This document shows, piece after piece, positions 13,054-25,488 of a DNA stretch of 64,000 nucleotides. The number at the start of each line of letters is the position of its first letter. Position 1 is the stretch's first letter. The notes below the pieces were generated by a model. The model made no database searches and was not told the DNA's origin. It worked only from the letters and a program-made list of their open reading frames with translations. Origin of the DNA: Owenia fusiformis (taxonomy: Eukaryota); the NCBI GenBank assembly GCA_903813345.2, contig CAIIXF020000001.1:39680001-39744000 (forward strand). Direction: 5' to 3'. The translations under genes were made by a program, and so were the position numbers.

Positions 13054-13174
13054 GTTGTCCGCCATTTTGAATATCATGTGATAGATCCATATAAGGTTTG
13101 TATGACCATATAAGAAGTTGTCCGCCATTTTGAATATCATGTGATAGATCCATATAAGGTTTGTATGACCATAT
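13054..13174. repeat. 63-bp tandem duplication resembling a HINE core repeat
   Basis: Two copies of gttgtccgccattttgaatatcatgtgatagatccatataaggtttgtatgaccatata, at 13054 and 13117. Confidence 0.85.
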
Positions 13175-14558
13175 AGGATGGCTAAGGGGAATCCCCGAAT
13201 ACGAAAGAATATGATAGTATTATGGGAGCTACTCACTTCTTCTGGGATAATCACAATTTCTAAATGTATAGGGAGACATAAACAATACTCTACAACCATT
13301 GACTGTAGTATTCAGTAAACATAATTGTCGCTTGTGGTGTATATTTATGAGGTGTGTAATAGATATACTTTTTAATAATACCAAGCAAAATAAATGAGAT
13401 TTTCATTCCACTTTAACACGGAGTTGTTGTGATGAGCAGGGATATAATCAAGATATGACACACACGGGGGCTCTATTATCAACACATTACGGAAATAATG
13501 TTTAGAGTGGCTATAAATTGCTACCACGTCCATTAATCCAGTGTGAAAATGATGTAAAATAAAATAGATTATCCCATTGGTGAACGTCAATCTTGTGTCA
13601 AATGACGTTTTGGAACTAACATCAGTATAAATCGCCCAGTAAAACAGCGTCCATCGGAGCAGACGGAAGTGATTAATGGGAAGGAATCACCACCGAGAGT
13701 CAAAATCGGATCGTTACGCCGACATATCAGTCTCAAAGGGTCTATTCCCTCAACTTTATCGAGCGAAGATATATATATATATATAATACTTCAATAACCC
13801 AACCAGCTAAAATGATGCCATAAAACGGCATATTTCTAGGTCACCCGAGTTAAGCAAAACGTGTATTGTATATTGGTTTTTATCTGAGTCCTTACCGTAA
13901 TTTGTAAAGTGTACAGTCGACTGAATATTCCATGTTTTCATGTGCATCGATGACCAAGGATGGATTCTATGCTTTCATTAAATAAAAAATCTCAGTATTT
14001 CTCTGATACCCTGCACCATTTGTGTACAAATCCATTGATTCAATAATGCTTTCAAATATACCTTACTACTTTCGAAATTAGTTTTTGTTCGATATAAAGT
14101 AGTTCTGCTCTTGCAGTTGTATTCTTTTTACTGTGATAGCCTCGTATATAATTGCATAGAGCAAGAGCGAGCCCTGCTAGACTGTTCTTTGATATATTCC
14201 ACTGTTATCTGCTGATTTATCAATACCCGGATTCCTCATGACATTGGAGATCAGAAAATACCTCCAAGGTACAAATCGTCGGGTTCATTGGAACTATTAT
14301 TTGGATCGAGATCTTGTCAATGAGCTGCCCATGTTTTGCGTTCTGCGACTGATGACTGACCATCAAAGCATTGCCTAAGCCATTTCAGCATATCATTTGC
14401 AGTGTGGAGGTGGTTCTGTCTTGTTAAACCATTGCCCATCTCTTTGAACACACCTTCTAGTGCCTAATGGTATTCAAAGCTTAGTGAGAACTTGAATAGA
14501 ATGGTCCTTCCTTGTGATAGCATGTCCCCTCTAGTTATCCTCGAATCAATAGGGACCA

Positions 14559-14920
14559 ATGATTCCATGTTTGCGTATTGCCACTCAGGCAGTGCATTTT
14601 TCAGAATGCAATGGACGCTGTTCACTTCATCAGGAGGATGTAAGCCCCAGTAGTACCTGTTCTCGAAATCAACTTGTCCATTCAAAAAATAATGTGTGTA
14701 TGAGAGTCATCAACAGCTTCGTTCACCGGATTCAATTGTTCATAGAAAGGAGAGGTGCCCACTTGGAGCATGTTTTGCAAAGTGCTGTAGTTTTTGACTC
14801 GATAGGCTAATTACCATCGAACTTTCACAAAATGTAAGTAATTCAGAAATTTCAAGGCAGAATATGCAAGATTGACCGAGTTATTCAACTTTCTTTACGG
14901 ACCTGTTTTTTGACACCCTG
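14559..14920 (+). mobile_element. Right-end fragment of Tc1/mariner element with transposase C-terminal remnant
   Basis: NVCMRVINSFVHRIQLFIERRGAHLEHVL is a typical transposase C-terminus. It is followed by TTTTTTGACACCCTG|TA. No left TIR was seen. Confidence 0.75.
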
Positions 14921-17689
14921 TACATACAACTTTTGGGGTCAGATTTATGGTCCTAGGTGCTCTTCAGAGGGACGAGATGCTATAGATGGCGTGGAGGTCA
15001 TGCATCTACATCTACAGATAGACACGTTGACTTGAAAGTGTGCGAAATGCAACAGAATATGATTTCCATTATATATTGGACATATCTAGGGCAATGGAGA
15101 CCATTACAATATCAGAAAAACATCATATTCTGACAATTCTAACTCATTCAATCAGCTGATCTCTGATCATGAACGATGATATATTGCCTTGACAGACAGA
15201 TGCGGAATGTGAATTCGAATGTCGTGTAACCTAGGGTAAATGAGCGTTATAAGGGTTTATTGCAATCTCTCCGAATTTGATTCGCAATTTACAATTTAGA
15301 ATCAAACAGAAAATCACAATTCAAAGTAATAATATCAGACCTCCCTATGGATAAGTGTTAGGCTTACACAGATTTAAATTGAATACATTAATAAAGCAAA
15401 AAACGAAATCACCTCCAAGGGGTGCCTTGTATTGGATAAACCCGATTATGAGATATAAAATAATTGCATTTGTATACTTATACGCTAGAAGCACAGAATA
15501 AAAGTTTGTCTCATTAATTAAAACCATTAGAATATTAAATTCCCAAGGGTTGTTAACGGATTATAATCAATGCTCTATGGGTCCTCAGGTTAGATGCATT
15601 TAGCATGTACTCGATCTAAATAGTTTTACAAGAGATTTTACTACGCGTTTCCAATAGAGGGCTTCATCTTCTAACTTAAAAATAAAAGTAATTCATTGAT
15701 CTAACTTAAAATCAAAATTCTTTTCAGTTCCAAAACGACTAACCAATCAGATAACTGCTCTGTCATTCTGCCTAGACGTAGCTGACATTTATAAGTTAAA
15801 ACTCTCATTAGAGTTACCTTTGAGGCCATTAAGATCGTACCAGTATCTGAACTGTAAAATCATAGGGAAGTATGTGACTGCGTTGGTCGATGGATCCCAG
15901 GGTATGCATATATGATCAAAATCTTACATTAATTAAGTTGAATAATAAAAGTATAATTCTTTAAAAAAAATATCTCGAAAAAGTGCAATGTGCTGACACG
16001 AGAAGACATATGATGGATTCCAGAGTTCCTTTTATTGTGATCGATATATATTGACATCTACATACACGTTAATCCACCGAGTACAGGTCGAAAGTATTAA
16101 CAGTGTCATCTTCCTAAACTGCATAAATCCATCTTATTGTTCCACAACAATTCCAGGAACGTGCCGAATGATATATTATTGTATGCGAAAGATCTGCCAA
16201 ATGATCACTTAATTGCAATTGCAATTGCGTCACCTGTAACGTTTCACGCTTGGTACAGTTTATGCTAACATACCTTTAGCAGACACAACCTCAATCATCA
16301 TTTATCAGCTGCTTGCTAATGATGCTATACATCCAATTGTATTTTCTAGAGCCTTTGTTATGTGATGGCAGAGAATTCAAAACACAAAGTATCACAGGTG
16401 GTATGCAGTGGCTCAAAGGCATCACTATCTAATGGTATCACGTAGGATAAAATATGTCTTGAGATTTTAACATGACAACCTACAAATTCAGTAAAAATAA
16501 TTGACTCAGCATTTTAATAACAGTTCAAAAAAGATTGAAATTAAAACAACTGAAAATCAGTAATCTGGTCTCAGACGCTGTTCTATACATTTTACTGATG
16601 ATCCTTTATACTTTATTTCACCAAACCCCCTTTTTATCAACCGCATTATGTTGTGGGTAATCGCAATGTGCATCTCCAGTAAGCTCTAACCTGTCACGAT
16701 GAACACCTTTTACAGTAACCAACTTATGAAGGCACCCGTATGTTCATCCCTTTACAGCGACAACTTCGACTTCCAAGGTGTTATAACTATACGAATTCAT
16801 CTTCCACAAAATGAATGTTAACGATGGCTACTTTTGGATGCCAAAGAGCAAAAGTAAGGACCGACAAATTCCATAACCGGACATTCAACACTTTCAACAA
16901 AGGATAACTAATAGGTAAATACATCTAGTAACTTAAAAATATTGTTAGTAGAAACTTCGTTTTCTAATATTTATGGCGAAAAGAAGATAAACGAACGATA
17001 AGGGATTCGATTAAGGGTCATAAAACTGTTAACAGCGTGGTTTTATATACAGGAATATCCATTAGTTATTATCGGTATTATTATATTTCCATTAGTATTT
17101 GATAATCTTTTTCAAAGCTGTGTTCCCGACATTTCGCATTTAGAACAATGCCGTAGAAAGCCACACAACAAAATGTCATGTAATGATTCAGCGTGAAATT
17201 ATAAAAATCGTGATGTTCAATGGATCCCCAGGGAAATAAAATGTTGCGTTAGCGTTTGTGTTATTATTGTTTTTGAGCAGCTCAAACTAAACAGAATATA
17301 TGTCCCTACGGTTTCCCCTGACAGTGAGTTGGTCAAGCATCCAAATAACAATTCACAACTAAACGGATTCAGAAAACGGTTCGTTTTTTCTCCTTTTTAA
17401 TTTTAAAAGAATGTTATTCCGGTTCTTTGACATTATTCCATACATTACATCCGGAACGTTCAATAAGCATTAAGTGAATTATCAACAGGTTATATATGAT
17501 GTGATCTGTCAGTCCTCTTGATATATAGTAGTAACTAACAAATATTTTTTCTTTAGGTGACCTTTGCATTTTTCACATGTGCCGGGTAATGAAACGCTTG
17601 GGAATATATCGATATCTCGGACTACGGACGTCAGATGCTAACAATCTTGATCTTCAAGATCTACACTGGACGAAATAGGTTTCTTTGAA

Positions 17690-18445
17690 AATTCCAAGGA
17701 GCAATGAATATGCAGGGTTACGCACAGGGAGGTTTTGCATATGCATATCTACCTGAGGGACCGAACGTAGATGTACATATCTCACGTCGCGAGGTATAAA
17801 TCCTACATACACACCGACCAAACATAGCTGCTTTATCCAATGCCCAGTATAGTATAGTTTTCTATATTTTTAATAATATCTGTTTTTTCTAATTTAAAAA
17901 AAAATTGTTCACAATTATTTTTCAAACTTTTTTTCAATATTTTTTTGAATTTTTTTTTCAAAGCGGGAAGATGTAGTATAACTGCCCTTTGTGTCTCACA
18001 CTAACAAAAAATGATCGCATGTACATGTTTAGATTTTTAGGTTCTGTATTTAAAAGTTGGTGTTGTTGTAGCTTTTCTAGTTTCAGTATTTTATAAGAGT
18101 TCCTCGATGTCGATAAGTTGGATTCTTCCTTATTATTTCCATCTTTATCATATAGATTACTGTCATTGCCACCAGTGTTTGCCATGTTCAGACTTAATTT
18201 GACTAAAATTTCTGAATTTATTAGAATTTTTCGTCTTACAGATGTAAAGTTCAGGACTCCATTGCACGAGAATTAAGATTGATATTCCTGGGAGCGAGAC
18301 TGATATATGATATCTATCCGTAATTGGACTCAAGCGGGACATATACAATTTATCCTCCCCTCTCCTCAGATATGATTTTATTCCCCATTGTCATCCAATC
18401 CAGGTATGAGACATATCGAAATATAACACCGAGGGCAGGATACCA
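17690..18445 (-). mobile_element. Internally deleted Crypton-like element with tyrosine-recombinase N-terminal remnant
   Basis: ORF 18185-17958 contains LLNTEPKNLNMYMRSFFVSVRHKGQLY, which resembles the L..YL..FF.SVRK.DG..Y motif upstream of DUF3504 in CryptonA/KIAA1958/ZMYM-type proteins. Downstream on the same strand is a degenerate hairpin (tatgcatatctacc..gggaccgaa..gtagatgtacata, about 17710-17810). Boundaries are approximate. Confidence 0.6.
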
Positions 18446-20483
18446 AAGGAAATATCACGTGATAATAATTCACCATTGGCCATCCTTGCCCATAAGAGAA
18501 CTAATATATTAGTGACCTGGTTAGGACAATTTCCTAATTAGTTACCCATGCTAAAGAGCGACAGCCGTCAGCGCCATAAGTTTGTTAAGTCTGCTCCTCC
18601 TACACACTGGTCAGAAATTCAATTACAACTTGGCAGCCTTCAAGCAGAAGATGGTTCTTCAATGGAAGACATTCGTTGGAAATTATGGAACTGCGGCACT
18701 TGACAAGAAATCAGTCAGGAGAAAGTGGCAAGCCCTAATATCAGACACATAATCAATAAAACCCATAAATACCAATGTTTATGTCATTCATTTGCTAATC
18801 TATTGTTACCCAGCTCCTCTGTTCGACAGAACCCATAAAACACCGATGTGACAATCTGACGCAGAGTTTAAACATCATCCAAAGCGGAAAATCCCCACTT
18901 CTTATCGAGACTGACACGGAGCGATTATTAAAAGATAACTAAGCCTCTATTAGGCAAGGGAAAGAAAATTGAGGAATCGTATAACCGTGAATTTTTGATT
19001 TAGTTAAGCAAAGCTTCTCGAGAAGATCCTAACGGTATCCTAGAGTTGTCATCACCACTTTGATTTAATAAAAGAAAGTTTAGGTACAACGCTAACTCAA
19101 TAACGATCCAGAATCAGTACATCCCAAAAATGAGCGCTTCATACTTTATCCTGATTACGAATCTCATAATCTACCTCGTTCAAATGTTGACTAAGACAAC
19201 AAAGTACAGAACAATGATGGTTCAAGTTTGTTTTACATTATCCTTTATAAGATAAAATTCCAATTCATTTCACGTGATATAGTGTTATTTCTATGGGATT
19301 GGCCAACGAGTAGATTTACTCTGTAATAGAACAATAGCATGTGTGATTCCAATCTGATCGTAGTTTATCAATTATTAAAGAGTATTATTGCAATAATGAT
19401 CCGTTCACAATAACATGAAACGCTGATCTAAAATGGCTGAACTTCCAACCAATCGCAATGGACGCCAGTAACAATAATGACTTTTGATGGGTCGAATAGC
19501 AGTATTGAATTCAATGAATTATACAAAAATGGCTACATATCGTATCGATTGATACCGACTGATTCCCTAGATAATACCCTTCTCCGAATCATTTGACATT
19601 TACTATTTTATTCATTGTACGCTTACCTTCATACATTTTGAAACGTAAATTCCTCCAACAGATAAGTTCCAATCAATCATGTTTATACAAATACACTCCC
19701 ATAAAAAAGTCTCCCAGCTCTGACTTTACACGAGATAGCTTTAACACGTGATCCAATAGGAGATGCCATACTTTTGGAGGGGGTGTATTATACATTTTGC
19801 TACAATAATACATAGATCATCGTATAAACTAATACAATGCAAAGATTAGTTTTAATTAAGATAAATTACACACAATATTTGTGCCCAAGATCATGGATAA
19901 TAAATTGATATGAACTTATGGAATATGTTCTCATTGTCAGGTCTAGCTATAAGGCATGCGGTGACTGCGTCCTGCAAGTTTTAAAGCGTTGTACAGAATT
20001 ATTGTGAAACTGGAAAGTATTACTCAGTCAGTAGGAAAACAAGTTCCAAATATCCGATGATATGAACCAATGCACAAATACCAAATTCATTTTTATCCAC
20101 TATTTGTACTTTCTGATAACTGTCTAAATAGCAGTTTAAGAATTGCGAAATCCATGATAATGAGTTCGAAGATTAATTTGGCTCAATCTCATTATTGGCA
20201 TCTAGAAGATCATGCGTGAATTATATAAAACGCATTGCCCGGTTCTAAACTGACACAATAACTATTCCGATGTATCTGTCATCTTCACATCAGACCAAGA
20301 AGTTAATAGCTTGTTGTATTGACGAGTACAGACATTATACGTCCACGTAACATAGTACATTTGAATAATGCAATATTATATTATTGATATTTTCTCGAGC
20401 ATAAGATGTTGATTTTAACACTGGTCCATGTGATAATCCCGTGACCCCTTGGAAGAACTTGAACTTGGGGTATCGGCAAGGTA

Positions 20484-21500
20484 CAGGGTGTTCATTAGGT
20501 AATGACACTAGGTCTCCCATTTTGTCAAATTTTAAGAAATCTTGCTTAAATTTTCAGCATGTCTTAAAAGTGTAATTGTGAGTTTATTTGAAGTCTTAAA
20601 GCTCATGACCTCCAAACAATGGAATAATGGTTTCCATAGCAACCTGGTGACATATGCGTTGACACAGACACCAGTTTCTACTCAATTTTGATGAAGCGAT
20701 GTATTGGGGATTCACATAATGTTGAGCCTGTATAGTGGTTACATTCATAGTACAGTATGGTTCATTCAGAGAATGCCATCATAATATATAGTCCTAGTTT
20801 AATTAAAGACATCATGATAGTCTGGGATCTCCATGAGTTGGAAAGTCTGCCAAAGTTAAAAACGTCATCGGAAAACAGATTTTGTGGAAATAGGAAACTG
20901 GCTTCAATGCAGCAACATCCATGTCATACTGCAATGTAGTGCATAGAGAATGGACAAAATACAGAGTAGTGTATGATTTAAAAATGTAGACCTTGCTCAT
21001 TATTCACCAAATGAACTTGAACTACGGCTCTGTGCTATTGGTCTCCTAAAGAGTCAACAGTTTCATTCCAATGAGAAAATTGTAAGACGAACAGGTTGAA
21101 ATAAAATAAGATTGGCGTAACAAATGTTTTCCAAAAATGGATGGCTAAACAACAATCGAAATGCATTGAAGAAGATACAAATTACTTTGTAGTGAATATT
21201 GTATCCACTGGGCATGGACCAAGAGTGCTGGATATAAAATATTATATATCGTTTGCAGAAGGGATATGCTCAGGATTAAAGATTCCTAATCAATGTTAAA
21301 TGTGACGTCATATTTGCTGTGTCAAGGACCATGTTACCAAATCAAAATGTAAATGATAAATAAATATTTTCATTCTTGAGAAATGAAATTTGGTATGTGC
21401 ACTCATTATTATATGCCAGATACTGTGTGCAAAATATAGAAAGATTGGTTAAAAACTGTAGAAATGGGAGACCTAGTGTCATTACTTAGTGAACACCCTA
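20484..21500 (+). mobile_element. Decayed mariner-type element
   Basis: TA|CAGGGTGTTCATTAGGTAATGACACTAGGTCTCCCATTT at the left end and AAATGGGAGACCTAGTGTCATTACTTAGTGAACACCCTA|TA at the right. Internal remnants resemble the HTA, YSP and CFQKW..KCIE parts of mariner transposase. Confidence 0.85.
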
Positions 21501-22362
21501 TATATGCTATGGTAACAGAACCGATATAATTTTTTTTGTATTCGTTTGCTTTATATTTAATTGATTGACGAGATTAGTCATTTATTGATATAAGAAAATG
21601 GTGAAGATTCAAGAAAAGCACGGAAAATAATTCTGAAGAAAAAATACACAGGACCAGTCGCCATCTTGTTACCGAAACAGATCCGTAATCGTATTTCTCT
21701 CTTTTTCCCAGTGGTTGTCTCTGCACTGAACAGAATAGTTTTTCATTATATCATCAGAATGTAACACTACCTTATTCCGACAGAACTGTAAATGGCTTTA
21801 ATTGACATTTGTTTGCACCGCATTTAACTTTTAATCTACATAATTGAACTATTCCATTCTCTATTGACACAAAATATGAAATATGTGTGATCCGAAATGG
21901 GTTTCCACTCCTATGATTCTTCACTTATATAATTATACACGGAGTATAAAAAATGAGAAGACATATGAATATTGACGTCTGTCTCGACTTGGGACTGCCT
22001 TGATTGAAGTAGTACATGAAATAAATGCTTGTAGGATCAAACGCATGTACTTAGTTGCGACTTAGTGGTAATTGAGCAACGATCATTTAATTGGTTTGTA
22101 TGATTGTAAGCCCCAGACCTTAGAATATTATTCTATTAACATCATTGATCTACCATTGTTTCTACTTAGGGAGTCGCAGTCGCTTAATGGTAACTTTACT
22201 AAGAATTTTTTTCGCCAAGCCTTATCACTGCTGTTACACTCCTTGTAAGTATCGAGAGACATTAATATTGTATATCAGTATTCTAAATCAAGCTCACAGA
22301 ATGAATGAAATGTTCCAACACTACATATTCAAAATATGTAACATTATGGAGAATATTTATTC

Positions 22363-23071
22363 TTATTATATACCCAATATGTAACACTAATCCTGATTGG
22401 TCAATACCTAGTCACGTGTTCCGAAATAGATTTACTATTTCCCTCGGAAAGTTATATTCCCTCAAATGTGACGTCAGCGGGAATATACATTTGAACTATT
22501 GCCCGCTGACGTCACAATTGCAAGCTCTATTACCCTTGGAAACGTCTGCTCATCATCACTGCGCAGACGAAAAACAGAAAAATGGAGGATGAGCACAAAC
22601 ACAAATCAACTCCGTTCACCATGACAGACGTGCGTGAACGATACAATATAAGCAACGTGTATAAAGTTCCCTAAGCTCAATACGTCTGTGTAATTTCAAG
22701 TGTTATGATAATCTATTCCGCGTGTTAAACGCGATTGAATTTGTCAAGTGAGAGTCTCAGAGGCAAAAATTTCTGTTGAGCATCTGATGACGTCACAGCT
22801 TATAATGCTAACAATGGACCCGGGGAGGGGGCTTTCTAAGCCTTTTTGGCCTTCGCAGAGGAAACGGGACAAGAGTCAGTATAGGGTATATAATAAAACA
22901 AATAGTGACTGCCTAATTTCGAGCAATAGTGTAAATGATTTCCCCTTGGGAATATCCTCTACAATATACTATTCCCTCAGCCTGCGGCTTCGGGAATAGT
23001 ACATTGTAGAGGATATTCCCTCGGGGAAATAATTTACACTATTGCCCTCAATGGCAGTCACTATTTGTATA
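22363..23071 (+). mobile_element. Young ~709-bp non-autonomous element with asymmetric inverted repeats and long 3' hairpin (Crypton-like), copy A
   Basis: 5' TTATTATATACCC (22363-22375) is inverted at 22884-22896 and followed by a ~170-nt hairpin (22898-23068). It is near-identical to 62724-63432. Confidence 0.9.
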
Positions 23072-23402
23072 ATATGAATAGCTTACTTTGTCATGTAAAT
23101 CATTTTTGATTTTTTATATCAATAAAGGTTCAGGTCATTGAACTGCTTATTGTTTGAACAGAGTCACTTTAGAATAATATGGAAACATACTGCAGTACTA
23201 GTTGTGTTACTGTTATTGACGACTCCAATTTGCAAGCCATTGATTTGATATAAATAATAATATTTCCTTTTGTAAGAAGCTAAACATCCTATTTTGAAGT
23301 CCCCCAATCTTTTACAAGTGATGTTAAACAACTTCAGTTTCTTTTCTTTTCTTTTTCAAGTTCTTTTCATTTTCACCAGCAACTATTTTTAATTTTTTAA
23401 TA

Positions 23403-24485
23403 CAGGGTGTTCAAAAAAATGCAACCCAAGAAATCACTATATCTTGGAAAATACTAATCCAGTTATCTTCATATTTTCAGGAAAGAAAGAAGAGACTGTG
23501 TATGTATAGCCCCTGTTGTTAGTTAGTTGTAAAACATGATATCTTGGACACTTGCTCAAAAGACAGTTGTACTAGCAAAATACGAAAAACGTGAATAGAA
23601 AATCACTCTATCTTGGAAAATACTAGTTCAATTATGTTCATTTCTTCAGGAAAAGAAAGAAGAGACTGTGTATGTATAGCTCCTGTTGTTAGTTAGTTGT
23701 AAAACATGATGTCTTGGACACTTGCTCAAAAGACAGTTGTACTTGCAAAATACGAAAAACGTGAATAGAAAATCACTCTATCTTGGAAAATACTAGTTCA
23801 ATTATGTTCATTTCTTCAGGAAAAGAAAGAAGAGACTGTGTATGTATAAGTCCTGTTGTCTGTAAGTTGTAAAACATGATGCCTTGGACACCTGCTCAAA
23901 TGACAGTTGTAGGAAAATATGAAAACGCAGTCAGAGGTGACTGCCACAGCAATAAAACCAAATAACTTTCTAACCATGGTGTTTTGGCACTTCAGATTTG
24001 GCACATTTGAATTTGTGGAGTTACATCAAAATCACACCAGGGACTTTACAGTCATGGTCAAAATGGCTTCTTAAGTCTCCCTGAACCAGGGTGTTTGACT
24101 GCGATTTGAAAGCATTTCAACCATAACTGTAAAGTCCCTGAAGTGATTTTGATTTCACTCTACAGATCTACCAAACAGTGAATGAAGATGATTTGTGCCA
24201 AATTTGAAGAGCAAAAACACTATGGTTAGGAAGTTATTTAATTTTTTTGCGGTTGCAGTCATCCCTGACTGCGTTTTTCGTATTTTCCTCGTACAATTGT
24301 CTTTTGAGCAGGTGTCCAAGGCATCATGTTTTACAACTTATCATTAACTCTCTCTTATATAAGAGGTAAATAAAGAATACAATACAATACAATTAACAGG
24401 AGGTGTACATACACAGTCTCTTCTTTATTTCCAGTATTTTTCAAGATTTAGCGATTTCTTCGGGTTGCGTTTTTTTAACACCCTG
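23403..24485. mobile_element. Foldback-type Tc1/mariner MITE with triplicated 170-bp unit in left arm
   Basis: TA|CAGGGTGTTCAAAAAAATGCAACCC ... GGGTTGCGTTTTTTTAACACCCTG|TA. The arms are inverted over several hundred bp. agagactgtgtatgtata recurs at 23491, 23661 and 23831. Confidence 0.9.
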
Positions 24486-25488
24486 TATGCATACCAAATG
24501 TTCATCTTGTGGATTTTTAAGTCAAATTAGGTTTCGTGTTATCAAAATCATATTCAGAGCAGGCTCTTAGAGATATATTATCTCTCGTGAAAATTATCCA
24601 AATATCTACAGGTGTGTGAATATTGCACTGTTTCTACTGTATCTGAAACATTTTTCTGGTTTTTAAAGAATATGATAAACAAGCAAGGTATAAAGAAATG
24701 TGATGATCGTTCTGGGCTATGGGATTCGGTAATGGAATATATGATCTGTGTTACTTATTTAAATGCATACGAGCCACGAGGGCTGTCCAAAAAGTCTTGT
24801 TTTACTTTATCAATACTTGATATTTTTCCATGACGAACTCGTTTGCAAGACGATTACCATATCGAGTGTTTCATAACTTTTAAACCAAAAACGCCCATTG
24901 TTTTAGCTCAAGGGCGTGTCTTTACTATGTAAAAATGATTGTACATTCATGTGCACTTACCATAGTAGTCATCAGTGGAAGTATATATTTCCAGTATGAG
25001 GAGTACATCTTAGTAAGTATCCGGATGTTATCCAATTCGTTGTAAAAGTTACATCACAACTGTATTGTTATCCATGCATCTACGTACTCTGCAATAGCAA
25101 GTAAACACAACTTAATTCGCTGAAATTGGTATTCTAACTGAGCAGGGATATTACAATGTTCCAAAGACACCAAGACCCTAATTAAGTACACTACATCCTA
25201 AAATTAGTATTAGCAATAGGTAATGCAATAACTGTGCAGCTAATATCTCTAGGTCATGGTGAAATGTCTGAAAGATGAATATTCTATAATTACACAATGC
25301 ATTTTATATTTTCATAATCAAATTACAGGGTATATCGTTATTTTATGCAATATTTGACATCAATCAGAAATTGGAAATATTTGAACTTCCCGCTATTTTA
25401 ACAACAAAAGTGTAACCTCTTGACTATTAAAGCGACACGAAAATGTGTGATTAAGCAATATCTTACACAGATAAGGTTTTAAATGATC

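Noticed and set aside
13950..14540. Minus-strand LYLGGIF, reminiscent of class C GPCR/ANF-receptor N-termini
   Set aside because: A single short motif surrounded by stops is insufficient support.
22748..22999. 83-aa ORF duplicated at 63109-63360 as a conserved small protein
   Set aside because: The identity reflects recent element copying. The ORF has a GTG start and runs into the hairpin, with no recognisable motif.
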